Shown here in pieces: positions 31,727 through 32,817 of a stretch of 32,817 nt of DNA; the first letter of the stretch is position 1; each line of letters opens with the position of its first letter. The notes below the pieces were generated by a model. It saw only the letters and a program-made list of their open reading frames with translations. It searched no databases and was not told where the DNA came from. Source of the stretch: a virus (Duplodnaviria > Caudoviricetes). Location of the stretch: positions 1 through 32,817 of IMG/VR virus record IMGVR_UViG_3300016263_000541; one strand, written 5' to 3'. Both the position numbers and the translations under genes were made by a program.

Positions 31727-32465
31727 TGCCCTGCTTCCTTTCCGATGTCCGGCGCACCCAGTTCCTCCAGGTCGCGCTCCAGTTGGTTTTGCGCCCGTCA
31801 GCGCCGGGCTTTGAGTGCCAGTAGTCGCGGAAGCTGGCCGCCTCACGCTCGACCGCCACGCCAAGGTTGGTTGCGAACGCCCGGTCGGCCTCGGTCGGAG
31901 ACCAATCCGCCGGAAGGCGCGTCCCTCGGTCGGCGCGCTCTGCGCGCGTCCCCCCTGCACCCCCAGACGCTACAGGTGCAGGACTGTCTCTTTCCTTTCC
32001 TTCCTCTCTTTCCTCTCCTCTCCTCTCCTTGGTGTCCGTAACGGAATCCGTAACGGATTCACGACGGATCCGTGCACGCTCCGCGGCGGCCTCCGTGGCG
32101 CGTCGCGTGCGCTCGGCCTGCCGACCCTTTTTGTCCCATGCTTCCAAGGCCTTCTCGGCCACGACCGGGTGGTACAAACGGCCATCGCTGCACCGCACAA
32201 AACCGCGCAGCGCGCCGGCCTCGCGGACCCGCTTCCAGGTCGCCAAGTCGCGTCCGTAACCCGTCAAGCGGGCTAGCACCGCGTCGTCGTCGGGCAGGCT
32301 GGCGGCCGGCACCTGATGCCAAGCCGCGCACCACGCGAGAACCGCGGCGCGGAATACTTCGCCGTCCTCGACGCCAGCGATGTCGCTGTCGCGCAGCCGA
32401 ACCACGTCGAGCGGCATGTAGGTGAAGTTCCGGAGATCGACCTCCGGCGGTACTAACGGGTCCAT
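31596..32465 (-). CDS. DUF1376 (YdaU-like) replication initiator
   Basis: MPLDV.RL, W..AW....A.SLPDDD..LA.L, DGRLYH.VV; C-terminal RLP.DW.P...F.DYW.......K.NW.ATWRNW.R. Confidence 0.8.
   Translation of the reverse strand: MDPLVPPEVDLRNFTYMPLDVVRLRDSDIAGVEDGEVFRAAVLAWCAAWHQVPAASLPDDDAVLARLTGYGRDLATWKRVREAGALRGFVRCSDGRLYHPVVAEKALEAWDKKGRQAERTRRATEAAAERARIRRESVTDSVTDTKERRGEEREEGKERDSPAPVASGGAGGTRAERADRGTRLPADWSPTEADRAFATNLGVAVEREAASFRDYWHSKPGADGRKTNWSATWRNWVRRTSERKQGNGAGSRSQSRNGFIVLAERLAREDADRAAGSPAGDFFDPEGRG
31987..32068. other. Putative replication origin inside the initiator gene
   Basis: Palindromic iterons TCCGTAACGGA at 32035-32045 and 32047-32057, a degenerate third copy at 32059-32068, next to a 44-nt pure pyrimidine tract (31987-32030). 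Confidence 0.65.
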
Positions 32466-32480
32466 CAGCGCCCTTTCGCG

Positions 32481-32509
32481 TTGATCCGGCCCGCCGCGCG
32501 CGATAGGTT
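32481..32509 (+). promoter_or_regulatory. Antisense promoter upstream of the initiator
   Basis: TTGATC-17 nt-TAGGTT. Confidence 0.55.
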
Positions 32510-32515
32510 CAGCGC

Positions 32516-32590
32516 GCCATTGTGGCCGGACTGGTTGGTGCAGTCCGTTGCGCCCCGCCCGGTTCCAGCCCGGCGGGGCGCGTCATTTGT
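32516..32590 (+). ncRNA. Putative counter-transcribed small RNA
   Basis: Downstream of the plus-strand promoter; hairpins GGACUG/CAGUCC and GCGCCCCGCC/GGCGGGGCGC followed by a short U-rich tail. Confidence 0.45.
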
Positions 32591-32594
32591 ACCC

Positions 32595-32608
32595 CGCGTC
32601 GCGACGCG
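32595..32608. promoter_or_regulatory. Perfect 14-bp palindrome in the spacer of a putative rep promoter
   Basis: CGCGTCGCGACGCG between minus-strand TGGACT (32615-32610) and TACAAA (32591-32586). Confidence 0.4.
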
Positions 32609-32740
32609 CAGTCCAGTGGCGGGTCCGATCCATCAGGTAAACGACCCGGCCAGGGGCCTGTTGACGCGGCGCATGTCGCGCTGGATCGGTTTTAGGTTCC
32701 GCCGCCCGCCGGCGACGGCAAGGGAGGGCCTGGCCGGTTC

Positions 32741-32817
32741 CTACAGCGCGAGGTCCAACTGGACCCCGAGCCGATCGGCGTAGAGCGCCACCGCCTGCAA
32801 CCGCTCCTGCTCCTTCG
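32741..32817 (-). CDS. gapR: GapR/DUF2312-like protein, 3' part (joins 200..1); includes terminal repeat copy 2 at 32796-32817
   Basis: In-frame continuation ...ERLQAVALYADRLGVQLDLAL, TAG at 32743-32741. Confidence 0.8.
   Translation of the reverse strand, partial: KEQERLQAVALYADRLGVQLDLAL

Noticed and set aside
32513-32581. Degenerate tRNA (TGGCCGGACTGG and GGTTCCAGCCC resemble D- and T-loop text)
   Set aside because: No anticodon arm, mismatched acceptor stem and no TTCRA; a two-hairpin fold explains it better
32509-32586. 25-aa leader peptide upstream of rep (MTRPAGLEPG...)
   Set aside because: Not coupled to the rep start, overlaps the predicted -10 box, and the sequence is better explained by RNA hairpins
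32690-32740. HDV-like or hammerhead ribozyme on the minus strand
   Set aside because: P1- and P3-like pieces exist but P2 is missing and the spacing is wrong; CUGAUGG lacks the CUGAnGA/GAAA core
32796-32817. 22-bp terminal repeat as a biological DTR or att site
   Set aside because: It falls mid-gene and is short, consistent with an assembler overlap on a circular contig; no integrase is present

Overview
The window is an apparently complete circular (or circularly permuted) genome of a GC-rich, P22-like podophage, about 32,795 bp of unique sequence; bases 1-22 repeat at 32796-32817 and a GapR/DUF2312-like gene reads through the junction. The likely host is an alphaproteobacterium (GapR homologue, DUF1376 initiator). 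The minus strand carries two blocks. The first is Cro-like HTH, winged-helix protein, RusA-like resolvase, GapR, DUF1376 initiator with an internal origin, and a loader-like gene. The second is ParB-N/DNA methylase, TerS, TerL, portal, scaffold, P22-type coat, small basic proteins, gp4-, gp10- and gp26-like tail proteins, three ejection proteins, a head-binding tailspike, a second fibre and a lysis cassette with a GH108 endolysin. Two plus-strand islands of small genes (1626-6621, including RecE/RecT-like genes and a C5 methylase; 30677-31086) sit behind near-duplicate divergent promoter/operator cassettes. No integrase, CI repressor, ParA, polymerase or helicase is recognisable. The most notable observations are: a DDxxD prenyltransferase-like gene in the P22 gp14/T7 gp13 slot with its own promoter and structured leader; a HiPIP-like Cys protein next to it; a counter-transcribed structured RNA and convergent promoters upstream of the initiator; the duplicated operator cassette; and a pseudoknot before the scaffold gene. 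All family assignments come from motif recognition and synteny by eye; no database search was run.
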